Source: Nitrosopumilus sp.
GTDB lineage: Archaea > Thermoproteota > Nitrososphaeria > Nitrososphaerales > Nitrosopumilaceae
Assembly (NCBI GenBank): GCA_965204345.1
Contig: OZ241981.1
Coordinates: 192,001 to 256,000, forward strand
Length of the DNA: 64,000 nucleotides
Reading direction: 5' to 3'
The notes below the pieces were generated by a model. It saw nothing but the letters and a program-made list of their open reading frames with translations, had not been told where the DNA came from and searched no databases. The translations under genes and the position numbers were made by a program. Of this stretch, positions 10,302-21,832 are shown one piece after another; position 1 is the stretch's first letter; every line of letters begins with the position of its first letter.

Positions 10302-11975
10302 TTAGGGGCTTGCTGTGGTAATTGCACCCTGTGCTGCTGAACCCACCAATGTTGCGTATTTTGCAAGAGCTCCTGATGTGTAGTTGGGTTCTGGACGTAT
10401 CCATTTCTGCCTTCTTTTTGCCAGCTCCTCTTCTGAAACATCGATATCGATAACTGTGGTTTTAGTATCTATTGTAATTTTGTCTCCATTTTGCACTAGT
10501 GCAATAGGTCCTCCGATATATGCCTCTGGTGCAACATGTCCCACCATGAATCCTCTAGTTCCTCCTGAAAACCGCCCGTCTGTGACCATTGCCACTTTTT
10601 TGCCCAAACCCTGTCCCACAAGAGCGGCAGTAGTTGCAAGCATTTCCCTCATGCCCGGTCCCCCCTTTGGCCCCTCATACCTAATCACCACAACATCTCC
10701 CTCTTGCACATCTCCCTTGGATACTGCATCAAATGCGTGTTCTTCTCTGTCATAGACTTTGGCCCTGCCTGTAAATCTGGTCATCTCTACTCCTGCAGTC
10801 TTAATCACTGCTCCCTCAGGTGCAAGGCTTCCCTTGAGTATCACTGCCGTTCCTACCGGGTGTATTGGATTCTCAACGGGCCTTATGATTGACTGCTCAG
10901 GCTCTGATATGTTCATTGCGTCAAGATTTTCTTGCATCGTTTTGCCTGTGACTGTAATGCAATCCACGTTTAGCAGCCTTTTGTCTGCCAACTTTTTTAG
11001 CACAAAGGGAATCCCTCCAATTTTGTCTAAACTGTTCATCACATAATTTCCGCCCGGCTTCATGTCTGCAATGTGTGGCGTCTTTTTTCTAATTCGTTCA
11101 AAGTCATCATAAGTCAGCTTGATTCTTGCTTCATTTGCCATTGACAGCAAATGCAGTATGCCGTTTGTTGATCCTCCAACTGCATTTAACATGACAATGG
11201 AGTTCTCAAAGGCCTCATATGTCATGATATCCCTCGGCCTGATGTTTGATTCTAATAGTTTTGCACATGCAGCACCGGTATCGTAGACCATCTTGCTGCG
11301 TCTGTCATCTTCTGCCGGGGGACTTGCACTTCCGGGCAATGCCAGTCCAATGGCTTCTGAAATTGATGCCATTGTATTTGCCGTAAACATTCCCCCGCAC
11401 GAGCCCGAACTTGGGCATGCGGTATTTTCAATATTTTTTAGCATCTCCAGGGATATCTGGCCTGCATCATATGCTCCTACTGCCTCATACACATCTACGA
11501 CAGTCAGTTCCTTGCCATCTAGGATTCCGGGCATTATTGTTCCCCCATAAACAAACACTGACGGCAGGTTCAATCTGGCCATTGCCATCATTGTACCTGG
11601 CAAACTTTTGTCACATCCTGCAATTCCTACAATTCCGTCGTATTGATGGGCCCTAACCATAAGTTCTATGGAATCTGCAATGACCTCCCTGGAAATTAAG
11701 GATGATTTCATGCCTTCGTGACCCATTGCAATCCCGTCACTTACTGCAATTGTTGAAAATATTCTTGGGGTTGCACCGTTTTGTCCAACCCCACGCTTTG
11801 CTTCTTCGGCCAATGCAGGCAATAATATGTTGCACGGTGTTGCCTCATTACCTGTGTGGCAAACGCCAATGAAAGGCCTACTGAGATCATCATCATCTAG
11901 TCCCATGGCCTTGTACATTGCCCTGTGCGGCGAACGAGCCGTCCCTCCTACAACATTCTGACTGGATATTTCCAT
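10302..11975 (-). CDS. ilvD: Dihydroxy-acid dehydratase
   Basis: [38 protein letters not shown] motifs. Confidence 0.97.
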   Translation of the reverse strand: MEISSQNVVGGTARSPHRAMYKAMGLDDDDLSRPFIGVCHTGNEATPCNILLPALAEEAKRGVGQNGATPRIFSTIAVSDGIAMGHEGMKSSLISREVIADSIELMVRAHQYDGIVGIAGCDKSLPGTMMAMARLNLPSVFVYGGTIMPGILDGKELTVVDVYEAVGAYDAGQISLEMLKNIENTACPSSGSCGGMFTANTMASISEAIGLALPGSASPPAEDDRRSKMVYDTGAACAKLLESNIRPRDIMTYEAFENSIVMLNAVGGSTNGILHLLSMANEARIKLTYDDFERIRKKTPHIADMKPGGNYVMNSLDKIGGIPFVLKKLADKRLLNVDCITVTGKTMQENLDAMNISEPEQSIIRPVENPIHPVGTAVILKGSLAPEGAVIKTAGVEMTRFTGRAKVYDREEHAFDAVSKGDVQEGDVVVIRYEGPKGGPGMREMLATTAALVGQGLGKKVAMVTDGRFSGGTRGFMVGHVAPEAYIGGPIALVQNGDKITIDTKTTVIDIDVSEEELAKRRQKWIRPEPNYTSGALAKYATLVGSAAQGAITTASP

Positions 11976-12119
11976 AACATGTAATTTTTGGATTGCTATA
12001 ATTTAGACTTTATCTAGATTCTGAATCTCAGGATTTTATGCCTTGTGGGGGGAGGAGCAGGGAATCTGTTTTTAAATGCGGCACAATCCTTAATTTGTAT
12101 TAAATTCAATGAGAACAGA

Positions 12120-12242
12120 TTGGTTTGTCTTAGATGTGATGGAAAAGGTCAATACAAGAATGAGTTTGGAATAATGGAAAAATGTGAGTCATGTCAAAAA
12201 AGGGATATGACTTTTGAAAGGGCAGATACAGAGCCGGATTAA
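12120..12242 (+). CDS. Small zinc-finger protein (CxxCxGxG...CxxC)
   Basis: LVCLRCDGKG...KCESCQ; probable TTG start near 12120. Confidence 0.5.
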   Translation: MVCLRCDGKGQYKNEFGIMEKCESCQKRDMTFERADTEPD

Positions 12243-12309
12243 ACGAAGAGTGTACTGTGTTAAAATAAATTTCCACTTGGTTTAAATTCCAAATGTCTTC
12301 GGGTCAATC

Positions 12310-12507
12310 ATGGAACAAAAAACACTTGAATGTCCAGTATGCAAGAGTAACAAGGCAGAGATTGCAGGAGAAAATGTAAAACTGGGTGGCAGATTTGAAG
12401 ACAAGGAATTTCTTACTACTGAACTAACTGTTTTGCGGTGTACCCGTTGTGGATATTACATGTTTTTTGACAAAATGGCCCAGTTTACAACCAGGGATGA
12501 ACTTTAA
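12310..12507 (+). CDS. Zinc-ribbon protein
   Basis: CPVC...CTRCGY. Confidence 0.75.
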   Translation: MEQKTLECPVCKSNKAEIAGENVKLGGRFEDKEFLTTELTVLRCTRCGYYMFFDKMAQFTTRDEL

Positions 12508-12511
12508 GACT

Positions 12512-13108
12512 CTACTTGACGAGTTGCTGCTGATCTAACTGCAGCAAGTATCCTTCTATTTCTTCAGGTGTTTCATCACCAAATGTAATTAAAACCCTGT
12601 CGTCTTCTGTTATCTCATAGTCTCTGATATCTGATACCTGTTCCCTGTTGATGAAAAATTGCAGTGTATAGTCCTCATTTGTACAGAAAGATTTTCCATC
12701 TGGGAATACAAAACATTCATCATCTAATCCTATAGATAACGTTTCAAACAGATATCCCAAATCTACTCCTGTTGCATGCTTGTGAATGGTTGTTCCATCC
12801 CTTCCTTCAAAATGAATCCAGCTTGATTTGATTTGGAAAGCCGGACTTGAAAAGTCAAATGTATCTCCAAATATTTTTACTAGCAATGCTGCATGAGAGT
12901 GCTCACTTCCTAGTGCTCCTGCATCATCTGGTCCTCCCGGTACAGTCTCTGACATATTTACAAATATCCAAGCTGCATATCCCACTATAACTGCAATAAC
13001 TCCTAAAACCCCGATGGTAATCAGCATGTGTTTTCGTTTTTCAGCCGAGTGCTTGGTTGCGTAATTTTCGCGCTTTTCTTCACGACTACGCCTTTCTTTT
13101 CTGCCCAT
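12512..13108 (-). CDS. Conserved thaumarchaeal membrane protein (His-rich putative metal site)
   Basis: Basic N-terminus, TM helix, EHSHA...IHFE...TIHKHATG. Confidence 0.8.
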   Translation of the reverse strand: MGRKERRSREEKRENYATKHSAEKRKHMLITIGVLGVIAVIVGYAAWIFVNMSETVPGGPDDAGALGSEHSHAALLVKIFGDTFDFSSPAFQIKSSWIHFEGRDGTTIHKHATGVDLGYLFETLSIGLDDECFVFPDGKSFCTNEDYTLQFFINREQVSDIRDYEITEDDRVLITFGDETPEEIEGYLLQLDQQQLVK

Positions 13109-13384
13109 GAGACAATCAAACTCTAAAATTTACCCTAATTAACTTACTGTCCATTCCACCAATCAAATATTGGATACTTGATCGGCAATAAATTTTGGAA
13201 TCTGCATCATTGATCATATCCTCAAGAATACTCTTAGGGAATTTGAATTAGTTTCATGATTTTTTTTGCTTTTTTAATTTGATTTGCTCAATCCTGATTT
13301 TTTTGCAAGACTATGAAAACGACTGTTGTTCATGGATGGAAGGGTGTGCTATGCTGTATGAACTGCAATCAAATCTATGAGTTT

Positions 13385-14530
13385 CTACATTTTATCTATT
13401 TGAATTAATTGATCATACAGATAGGCCTGTTCTGCAAGTAGATTTTTCATCTGTTTTCCCTCATCGCTGTTCTTGCCATATTTTGACACTAGTTTTTTAC
13501 ATTCATTTCTTTTTTCTATATCTTCTAATGCAGATAAATTACGTAGTTTATTGAGCATCTGTTTTGTTTTTTTGGTTATCGTTTCTGATTCAATTCCATT
13601 AAATTTTTTCAGAATTAATTTGACCATTACTTTAATCAATAAAATATCAGCCACATGAGCATAACTGGGATAACGTCTATTTCCCAACATCTCTTTGGCA
13701 AATTTTTGAAATCGTCCTTGATAAGAAAGATTTAATTTTATTTGATTATTTGTAATCAATATTTTATCTGAAAAAGTGTCAAGATCATCTGACATTTCTT
13801 TAAAAGTTGGGGGATTTTCTTTAAAATAAGTTGTCTCATCCAAAGAGATTTTTTCAAAAGTATCAATTATCATCTCCATTGACAATTCACCTGTAACTGA
13901 TTTTAACAAAGTTGCAATATCATAGATTTGTTTTGGTACATCAAGTTCCCTCCTATGATCTATTCCTATTGTGTTAAACGGAAGAGCTGTCGATTTATCG
14001 CCAATCAAAGATTCACGATCATAAATAGACAAAGGAAAATTTATTCCGAGTCCCATAATTTCAGTTTTATTTTTTATTTTCTTTGATTGAATTTGCATAT
14101 TGTTTCCATAAAAAATTTCAATTTTTATTTGAGGATTTTCATCAACTGAGGACTGATAGTCACAAAAATATGTCAGCAGCGGTAATGTTTTGTTACTATT
14201 TCCTTTTGGGATATGTGGTTTGCCAATTTCCACTTTACTTTTGAGTTTTTCTGAAACTATTTTCATTGCTTTAACAATTTCTTCCCTAGAACTGCCTGTT
14301 ACAATATCAATATCTACGCTCAATCGTCGTAGTGTTCTGTCATGAAGATGAAAAGGTACTGCCATACCGCCTTTAACAACACAGTCAGGGATTACTTTCT
14401 GAATGTGGGTTAGCATTTCAAAATCCATTATGAATTTTTCTAACAGCGATGCATCTCTAAATCCATAAGATTTTCTAATTGTGTCAATGTGTTCTTTATT
14501 CAAAATGTCTTTAAAGTGCAGTTCTACCAT
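13385..14530 (-). CDS. AbiEii/AbiGii-family nucleotidyltransferase toxin
   Basis: LEKFIMD, VKGGMAV, RRLSVDIDI, KIEI, K.IYDI motifs. Confidence 0.85.
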   Translation of the reverse strand: MVELHFKDILNKEHIDTIRKSYGFRDASLLEKFIMDFEMLTHIQKVIPDCVVKGGMAVPFHLHDRTLRRLSVDIDIVTGSSREEIVKAMKIVSEKLKSKVEIGKPHIPKGNSNKTLPLLTYFCDYQSSVDENPQIKIEIFYGNNMQIQSKKIKNKTEIMGLGINFPLSIYDRESLIGDKSTALPFNTIGIDHRRELDVPKQIYDIATLLKSVTGELSMEMIIDTFEKISLDETTYFKENPPTFKEMSDDLDTFSDKILITNNQIKLNLSYQGRFQKFAKEMLGNRRYPSYAHVADILLIKVMVKLILKKFNGIESETITKKTKQMLNKLRNLSALEDIEKRNECKKLVSKYGKNSDEGKQMKNLLAEQAYLYDQLIQIDKM

Positions 14531-16448
14531 CAAAGCTCATCTCCCAAAATGTTTCCAAGCAACTCTAATTTTTTGATAAACTTTGCATAGGTTTGTAAAT
14601 TTTCATAATCGATCAAGTTAGATCTTTTCATCGTTGCAAACATTCGTCGTAGTTCTAATTCGTCTAATTGGCCATGATACTATGTGTTTCATTTACTAGA
14701 TCAAGAAATGCTTTTTCAGGGGTGGCTATTGTGGAGCCCCTAATTACTGCATATTCTCTTATGGCGATAACTCTTTTAGTAGTAGGTATTTTTAGGAATA
14801 TCCCCAGTACCTTTCTATCTGATGCATGTATTACGTCGAATTTTTGGTGAAATTTATCTGCCAATAATTCTGCAAGATATTCTCCCTTTGCAGGCTCTGT
14901 GTAAAGTGTATAGGTTAGTTTTCCACGCAAGTTATGCAGGTACGGGGTGAGTGTAGTTAACGCAGTAAACTGGAATTTGAATCCAAAGTTTTCTTTGAGA
15001 TGGTCATGAACTTCAATTAATTCATCTGTTAATTTGTAATTTGGTATGTTGGGAATGCCAACTTCTCGGTCTCTAAAAATCTCTTTTTTATTACTTTTTT
15101 CTGACCATGTATTTAGAAATCCTTTGATATCCTGATTTCTTTTTTCCAATAATTTTTCAAAGTTTGGATTTTCTCCAAGCAATTTTATTTCTGAGGCAAT
15201 TATGCCAATGAGAAACAAGGGGTTTTTTACAAATCTAAATGAATCATCATCTTTGTTTATCGTTACTTTGATGTCTGAATTATTTTTTTCTATAATGTAC
15301 AAGGGCTTGTTTTTAAGTGATTTTATGCCTATTTCTACCAAATTACCGCCTATTTTCATTTCAAAAGGCTCTGTGTTATCTAGCAGTTCCTGTGAAACCT
15401 GAGAACGTACGCTGCGTTCTAGATGTTGTGCTGAAGAATTCTTATTAAAATAAGCAAAGACGGATTCAACAGATACTGTGCTTTCACTTTTAGATTTTGA
15501 TGATTGTATTGTTTGCTTGAATGCAGGTGATAACTTAAAAGCATTAACTGCTTTTTTATATTCTGAACTTTCTTCAATGAAGGCACTCTTGCTGAAATTT
15601 ACAGGAACATGGTCCATATTCAATTCTCCAACTATCTTGGCATTTTCCGGATGTGCGGGAAATCCAAATTTTTCAAATGCTTTTATCAGCCTTCCATGCC
15701 TAAACAAATGCATTCCATAATCTCCCTTTATCGAACGTTTCTTCAATAATGCAACATAACCACTAATTTTTTTTCCAAATCCTAATTCAAGCTGAATGTT
15801 TTTTTTACTTTCTTCTACAATATTTGGCTTTTTAGGTTTGCAAAATACACTATTGATTTGGATTGAAACTTGGTTTGTTTCCAAGTAAGGAAAATAACGT
15901 ATGCCAAAACTTTCTTTGAATTTTGAAACTTGGTTTGGGTATAACGGCACGTTCAACTCAGAAATTATAATTCTTGTTCCATGCCAGTCTTCTCTTTCTT
16001 CTGTTAGAGTTTTTTCAGTAATGACAAAATTTCTCCAGTTTTGCGCTTTATCAGATAGCCAATTTTTTTCATCATATTCTGTACGATATTCTTTGTTGGA
16101 GTTAATTTTAGATGTAGTAACAGTGAATTTTTTTCCTAATGCAGAACATGCACTTTTCATTCCAATTCCAAATTGTCCCAATTCATCGTCAGCTTTTGTC
16201 CCCTTTGCAATAGTCATTGCATTTGTCAGATCTTGCTTATCCATTCCATTACCATTGTCTCTCACTTCGATCCATTTTTCTTGGAAATCCAAATGAACTT
16301 TGATTGTTCCTTTTTCATCAGAAATTCTAGCATCTATAGAATTATCTAACAATTCGGCAACTGCTTGTTCTGTTCTATATCCGGCAAAACCCAATTTTTG
16401 GACAAGTGATTTGTCTGGTGTGATATCTACCTGAATATTGCTATCCAT
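14530..16448 (-). CDS. GHKL (HATPase_c_3/MORC-like) ATPase fused to an AbiEi-like C-terminal domain; frameshift near 14670
   Basis: ELLDNSIDA, DNGNGM, GQFGIGMKSA, GT motifs; C-terminal IATPEKAFLDL; alternative frame continues DELELRRMF...GDEL* and its TGA overlaps the AbiEii ATG. Confidence 0.8.
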
Positions 16449-16464
16449 ATAAAAAGAACTTAAA

Positions 16465-16572
16465 TCTAGAATTAAAGGCTTTTTCTAGATATATGCTCAT
16501 ATTGAGCCTGCATGCATTAGATATACAAATTGTATACATTTTATATGTCTAGAAAATGCTCATTTTTCTAGA
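16465..16572. promoter_or_regulatory. Two 25-bp inverted-repeat operator-like sites, TCTAGAA-N11-TTCTAGA
   Basis: 16465-16489 and 16548-16572, directly upstream of the ATPase start. Confidence 0.6.
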
Positions 16573-16928
16573 TTTAAATTCATTAGTTAAATACTAAATT
16601 TTTAAAGTAATATCTAAACAAGTCAAAAGACCATGAATTAAAGGCTCTGTCTATCTTTATTGAAAGTGTTGATCCTTGATCGATATTGTTGTTGACAAGA
16701 TATCTTTGTATCGCCCATCAAATGACATTCTATGTGGGTTGCAAGGAAGGATTTATTCATGATTTTGTGTGGTTTGAGATATTATCCTCAAAAAGATGCA
16801 TGCATTGTGGGCAAGAAGAAAGATGAAAAGTCTTTTGGATTCGCATTCTACACCTAAATTGTGCCTGTTCCTCAAAAAATCCTTCTGACTAGTCAAAACA
16901 ATAAATAAAATTACAAAATGCTATCTTT

Positions 16929-17333
16929 ATGGGTTGTATTTTTTGTGATATTTTGGATGAAAAACGCGAGGGTCATTTTATTTATGAAGATGATTCACAT
17001 GTTGCATTTTTAGATAAATATCCCATTGATGTGGGTCACAGTCTAGTAATTCCACGAAAACACCATGAGCGAATCACCGATATGGACTCCCAAGACGTTG
17101 GGCGCCTGTTTGCAATAGTTCCAAAAATTGCAAAGGCCGTCTTAGAAGCTGCCGGGGCAGATGCCTTTAGTCTTGGTCAAAATAATGGCCGTGCAGCCAA
17201 ACAGATCATCCCTCATGTCCACATCCATATCATCCCCCGCTACAATGCCAAAGGGACTGTGTGGACAAAACGTCAAATTGCAGATGGCGATGAGCTTGTA
17301 AAACTAGCTGCTAGAATTCGTAGTCTTACTTAG
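16929..17333 (+). CDS. HIT family hydrolase
   Basis: CIFC and HVHIHIIPR. Confidence 0.95.
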   Translation: MGCIFCDILDEKREGHFIYEDDSHVAFLDKYPIDVGHSLVIPRKHHERITDMDSQDVGRLFAIVPKIAKAVLEAAGADAFSLGQNNGRAAKQIIPHVHIHIIPRYNAKGTVWTKRQIADGDELVKLAARIRSLT

Positions 17334-18606
17334 AATGGCCTGGGTTGTACCTTAAAATCGCTCCAATTTTTCCCAGACTTGCCAGATTGTTTCCATGCTC
17401 TGCACTTCCTGAAATAACCTCTAGTTGAGTACCCACCTTTGCTGCAAGTAGTTCCAAATAATCTACAATGTCTTGTTCACTTGTCTCTACTTCCATTGCG
17501 TTACATTCAGGACATGGCTTGTTGGCATATTCTGTTTTTTTTGGAATAACTAGGGGCCTTTCTACTATCTCTTCTTGGATATGATTACATCGTTTGCACT
17601 TGCCCTCAACTCTGTGCAAGTTAGTGTTATCTGTAATTAACAAAATACTGACTACGTTATTTTTTAGGTATTCTATGACTTCTTGCAATCCGTATGATCC
17701 TTTTCCCGTGTTGGTGTTTATCTCACGAAACAAATCTTCGACTAATTTTTTCTCTTCTACCATTCTGAAACTTCCCAAGATATCTGATGATTTTTCAAAT
17801 GCTTCCCTAATTCCTTCTGATCCCGAATATGATGCATCAATCGTGCTGATGATGTTATTTTGCAATCTGTATTCCAAATAATTACCGTTGATGAAATCCT
17901 CTTTTGTAGGACCAGGACCCGAAATTATCAGTCCTTTGACCGGATAAATATCGATAAAAAATTCTCTTGTCGTTTGTGCAACCCTGTTGTAAAAATAATT
18001 TAATTCCATCTCTCTTAATTTCTGGAATCTTTTTGCAGATTGTCCTCCTTGCCTGTGCTTTCCTGCTACCCCTGACCCCGTATGATCTAACACTTCGATC
18101 TTATCCCCCTGCAGCAATCCCCATCCTGCGTCTTTTGCATCTATTGCTAAAAATCCTATAAGATTGTCGTCTTTTAGCATGTCTTTGAGAATATCTACAT
18201 GAAAATGATCATCGCATCGGTACAGATACTGATTCAAGTCTTTAGGAGGATCAACTTCCCATACTGTAACTACTTCACTTCCTAGTGGTCCCCCTTCTTC
18301 TGGAGGCAATGCCCCGCAGAACATCACCAATCCTCTCTCTGGAGTTTTCTTGTATAGTTTTAGCCTTTGTACAACTTTTCCTAGGGAATCTACCACATGT
18401 GATCTTGTGAGATCTGATTTTATGTTATCTGCCGTACCCTGTTCCTGTTGAAGCGAACTGATTATTTCATGTAGTTGCTTTCCCTTTGGAATATACACCG
18501 TAATAAGCTCTGTGCCTCTGCCTGATTTTTTTGATAATTCCTCAAGCGTTTTTCTGATTTTGTAGAGTTTTACTGAATCCTGTTTCTCTATGTTAATTTT
18601 GCCCAT
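17326..18606 (-). CDS. prf1: Archaeal peptide chain release factor aRF1
   Basis: NIKS, YRCD, GGQS motifs. Confidence 0.97.
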   Translation of the reverse strand: MGKINIEKQDSVKLYKIRKTLEELSKKSGRGTELITVYIPKGKQLHEIISSLQQEQGTADNIKSDLTRSHVVDSLGKVVQRLKLYKKTPERGLVMFCGALPPEEGGPLGSEVVTVWEVDPPKDLNQYLYRCDDHFHVDILKDMLKDDNLIGFLAIDAKDAGWGLLQGDKIEVLDHTGSGVAGKHRQGGQSAKRFQKLREMELNYFYNRVAQTTREFFIDIYPVKGLIISGPGPTKEDFINGNYLEYRLQNNIISTIDASYSGSEGIREAFEKSSDILGSFRMVEEKKLVEDLFREINTNTGKGSYGLQEVIEYLKNNVVSILLITDNTNLHRVEGKCKRCNHIQEEIVERPLVIPKKTEYANKPCPECNAMEVETSEQDIVDYLELLAAKVGTQLEVISGSAEHGNNLASLGKIGAILRYNPGHSK

Positions 18607-18850
18607 TTGTGTTTTTATTCATATTTGCAAATATTAATTGATTCACTTGCAACTCATCAAATGTTTCTAAGAAATACCTCTGTGGCTGGTTTCCTCAAAT
18701 TTTGATAGTTTTTTATTCACAAGACCAAAAATCCGTATGAGTCATGTACTAAATCTGAACATTTGACCTGCAATAGAGTCATGTGTTGGTGATTTTCAGG
18801 CAGACAGAATCCAATTAAAACAGGGGCAAATGCCCGATTCTAACATCTGA

Positions 18851-19849
18851 TTATTGGTAGTAGGCATTTTTGACAGGTTTGATATCATCTTGGCCAGACG
18901 GAAATTCGGTATCTGAGAGATATACAAACCCGTTATTAATTGACGTGTATGCTACGGCTGATACAAGACCGTGAGATCGTGACATCTTAAAATATCCATA
19001 GTCATACGTGTCCTCCCCTGAAAGCAGGCTAAGATCATATACATGGCCGGAACTCGACCTCGCATGGTCATCAGCATCATAGACTATATCTTTCAAATCA
19101 TTTATTTTCATCTGAAAAGTTAATGGTGATTGGTTGTATTTGATATCAGGAATATACATGCCCTGAGTAATTCTGAGTGGTTTATAGTCGTCATTTATGT
19201 AGATATGGCCTTGTTCTAGACCCCCACCCATTGCCTCATAATTTGTAGGATAGTTGATGTCAAAGTCGGTATCACAGTTATGATCCCAGAATTCATCAGT
19301 TCCATATTGTGAAGGATATATCAAGCGTGAGGCGTTAACATAAGTATCCCAGTATTCTTTATTGTTTATTGGATCTTCTACAAATGAAAACGATGCAGTG
19401 ACATTGAACACTTCGCCAACTCTGACTTTGTTTGGAATCTCAAGGGTTATCTCATTTTGGAAAAGGCAGTGAGAATGCCAACTCAGTGGACCCAATTTAA
19501 TTGATTCAGGGATTGGTGGTAACGGTGATTTGATTGTAATTATTTGAGGGACAAACTCGCCTGGTTCTTCTTTCATGATTGCTTTATCTGTCTTTGCTGA
19601 TTCCTCCAAGACTGCTTTCCATCCAGTCCTATCAAGCATCTTGATGGACGTATCCAAAGTTACGCAGACGGGTCTTTCGCTTTGTGACCATGTCATAATT
19701 TTCTCACCATTGCACATGATCTTCTCCAACTGCACGTTGTCTTTGAGCTGTTTTAGAGGAGGATGAAGATATTCAGATTCTGCCAGTGCAGGCACTAATG
19801 TCATTACTGCTGCCAGGATTGCAAGTCCCAACAGTGTCGCTTTGATCAT
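18851..19849 (-). CDS. Secreted thaumarchaeal protein with PPLKQ..C..P.CV domain
   Basis: Signal peptide; domain similar to 5147..6511. Confidence 0.7.
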   Translation of the reverse strand: MIKATLLGLAILAAVMTLVPALAESEYLHPPLKQLKDNVQLEKIMCNGEKIMTWSQSERPVCVTLDTSIKMLDRTGWKAVLEESAKTDKAIMKEEPGEFVPQIITIKSPLPPIPESIKLGPLSWHSHCLFQNEITLEIPNKVRVGEVFNVTASFSFVEDPINNKEYWDTYVNASRLIYPSQYGTDEFWDHNCDTDFDINYPTNYEAMGGGLEQGHIYINDDYKPLRITQGMYIPDIKYNQSPLTFQMKINDLKDIVYDADDHARSSSGHVYDLSLLSGEDTYDYGYFKMSRSHGLVSAVAYTSINNGFVYLSDTEFPSGQDDIKPVKNAYYQ

Positions 19850-20454
19850 TGTGTAATATGGGTAATCAACGGTATTAACTGTGATCTATGGTACAGGTGG
19901 TGGTGTAAACCCTTGATAACATCGATTAGTTGCGTTGATTGTAAATACGAAAAGGGCCAAGAAATAATAAAATTCAGATTTGGCAATACAAAAAAAGGCA
20001 TCCATAAGAGTCTGTCATTTGTGATTTAGACTGTATCCAAATTTTTACATCCCAAGAGCACATGACAAAGAGACGATCTATAGTTTATCAACAAAAAGTT
20101 GACAGATAAAAAATCAAGCAAGAAAATTAAGAATCTGTTTCTTTCAGGCTTGGTCTCTCTTGTTTGTTTGTGTCTCCATCTTTTTCTGATTTACCACAGA
20201 TTTTTGATCATTGCTTCCATGATTGATTTGCATCCTTTTGAGCATGCAGATCTGCCAATTTTTCTTAAATGATCTCTCAAATCTGAATTTTGTATTCATT
20301 TTTCTACCCAAAGTGCTCATTTTCTGATTTGCCTGCAACTATTGCATCAAAAATACCGGCATGTCAGATCCTGCAGTGACATGTTTGATGAAGATAAACT
20401 GATCTCCTTATAAATTGGGTAATCATCCAAGAGCTTAAATATATTCAGAGAATC

Positions 20455-20691
20455 ATGTTTTTTATGTATGAATCAAGTCAAGTCGCTGTCTCAAAAGCAG
20501 GCATTTCAAAGCTAGCGATTCTTGCACTAGCAGTTGTGTTTGCAACCGGATTATTTGCTGTTGGATTCGATAACGGTCATATCGTAAATTTGATTTTTGC
20601 TGAAGATGGCTCTGCTGTAGGCATTGATCCATTGGTAATCCATGAGTTCACTCATGACATGAGACATGCAGCAGGATTTCCATGTCACTAG
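20455..20691 (+). CDS. cbtB: Cobalt transporter subunit CbtB
   Basis: C-terminal HEFTHDMRHAAGFPCH. Confidence 0.9.
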   Translation: MFFMYESSQVAVSKAGISKLAILALAVVFATGLFAVGFDNGHIVNLIFAEDGSAVGIDPLVIHEFTHDMRHAAGFPCH

Positions 20692-20703
20692 GAATCACTT
20701 AAC

Positions 20704-21432
20704 GTGAAAACATTTCTTTTTATCACCATTGTGTTACTTTCAGGTGCATTAGCTGGCCTTGTTCATGGAACAGTAAACTTTGCACTTGTTGAACCCTATC
20801 TTGATCAGGCAATTGGAATTGAAAATCAGAATCTCTTTGATTCTGGAGACCAAGAAGACACTCCTCAATTTTGGGCCAAATATGAGGGGTACCGCATGTG
20901 GCAAAAAAGCGGTCAAATAATTGCAGGTGTTGTGCTGGGAACATCTATTGGAGCACTGTTTGGAATTGTATTTGCATTATCTAGGGACTCTATACCGGGT
21001 AAAAATGACATTCAAAAATCCATGCTGTTATCTGCAATTATGTGGGTTACCTTGTATTTGGTACCATTTCTAAAGTATCCTGCCAATCCTCCGACTGTTG
21101 GTGATGGTGAAACTATAGTTCTTCGAGCAGTCCTTTATCTCTCCTTTATTGCAATATCTGGAATGGGCTCTCTAATTTTTTACAAGTTATCTAAGAGATT
21201 TCACAGTCGTAAAAAACTTGTCTCTCTAGCAGGTTATGCTGCCTTTATGTCTCTGGCCTTCATTCTCATGCCTGAAAGCCCCGATAAAGTATCTGCCCCT
21301 ATGAATTTGGTAAATGAATTCAGGCTAATGTCAGTATTTGGCGTGGCCTCCTTTTGGGTATCTGTCGGAATTATTCTGGGAGTCTTTTGGAATCGCCTGG
21401 ATTCTCCTAGGGAAACTGATCAATACCAATAG
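20704..21432 (+). CDS. cbtA: Cobalt transporter subunit CbtA
   Basis: EPYLDQAI.E, PFLKYPANPP.VG, multiple TMs, follows cbtB. Confidence 0.9.
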   Translation: MKTFLFITIVLLSGALAGLVHGTVNFALVEPYLDQAIGIENQNLFDSGDQEDTPQFWAKYEGYRMWQKSGQIIAGVVLGTSIGALFGIVFALSRDSIPGKNDIQKSMLLSAIMWVTLYLVPFLKYPANPPTVGDGETIVLRAVLYLSFIAISGMGSLIFYKLSKRFHSRKKLVSLAGYAAFMSLAFILMPESPDKVSAPMNLVNEFRLMSVFGVASFWVSVGIILGVFWNRLDSPRETDQYQ

Positions 21433-21502
21433 CTGTTCTGAATCTCTAGAATGAGAACAGGTGCATTTTGTTTAAATATACATGATTATTTCTGATATTT
21501 GA

Positions 21503-21832
21503 ATGTCAAGAAAATTAACATTGCCTCAGCTAAAAAAATATGATATCACTCAAAAAGTCATAGAAGCATTAGCTGATTCTGAATCCCGAGCTATTCTGTT
21601 CTCTATTATTAAAAAAGGAAATACCGCAGCCGAACTTTCTGATAATCTTAAAATCCCCCTCAGTTCTGTGTATAAGAAATTGACTGATCTTGAAGAATTA
21701 ACCCTAATTGAAATCGAAAAATGGATGTTATCTGACAAGGGCAGAAAATACAAGGTTTATCGGAGCAGAATTAGCAAAGCCGATATTTCCATCAGAAAGC
21801 CCGAGCCGGTTCTTACATTAATCCCAAACTGA
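21503..21832 (+). CDS. ArsR-like winged-helix regulator
   Basis: wHTH pattern IPLSSVYKKL. Confidence 0.85.
   Translation: MSRKLTLPQLKKYDITQKVIEALADSESRAILFSIIKKGNTAAELSDNLKIPLSSVYKKLTDLEELTLIEIEKWMLSDKGRKYKVYRSRISKADISIRKPEPVLTLIPN

Noticed and set aside
10384-11656. Antisense ORFs inside ilvD (and similar ones in gatAB, acs, purP, hsdR)
   Set aside because: Fully overlap well-supported genes and have no motifs
20340-20455. Cobalamin riboswitch upstream of cbtBA
   Set aside because: No B12-box or conserved structure visible; a TATA-like box lies close to the start
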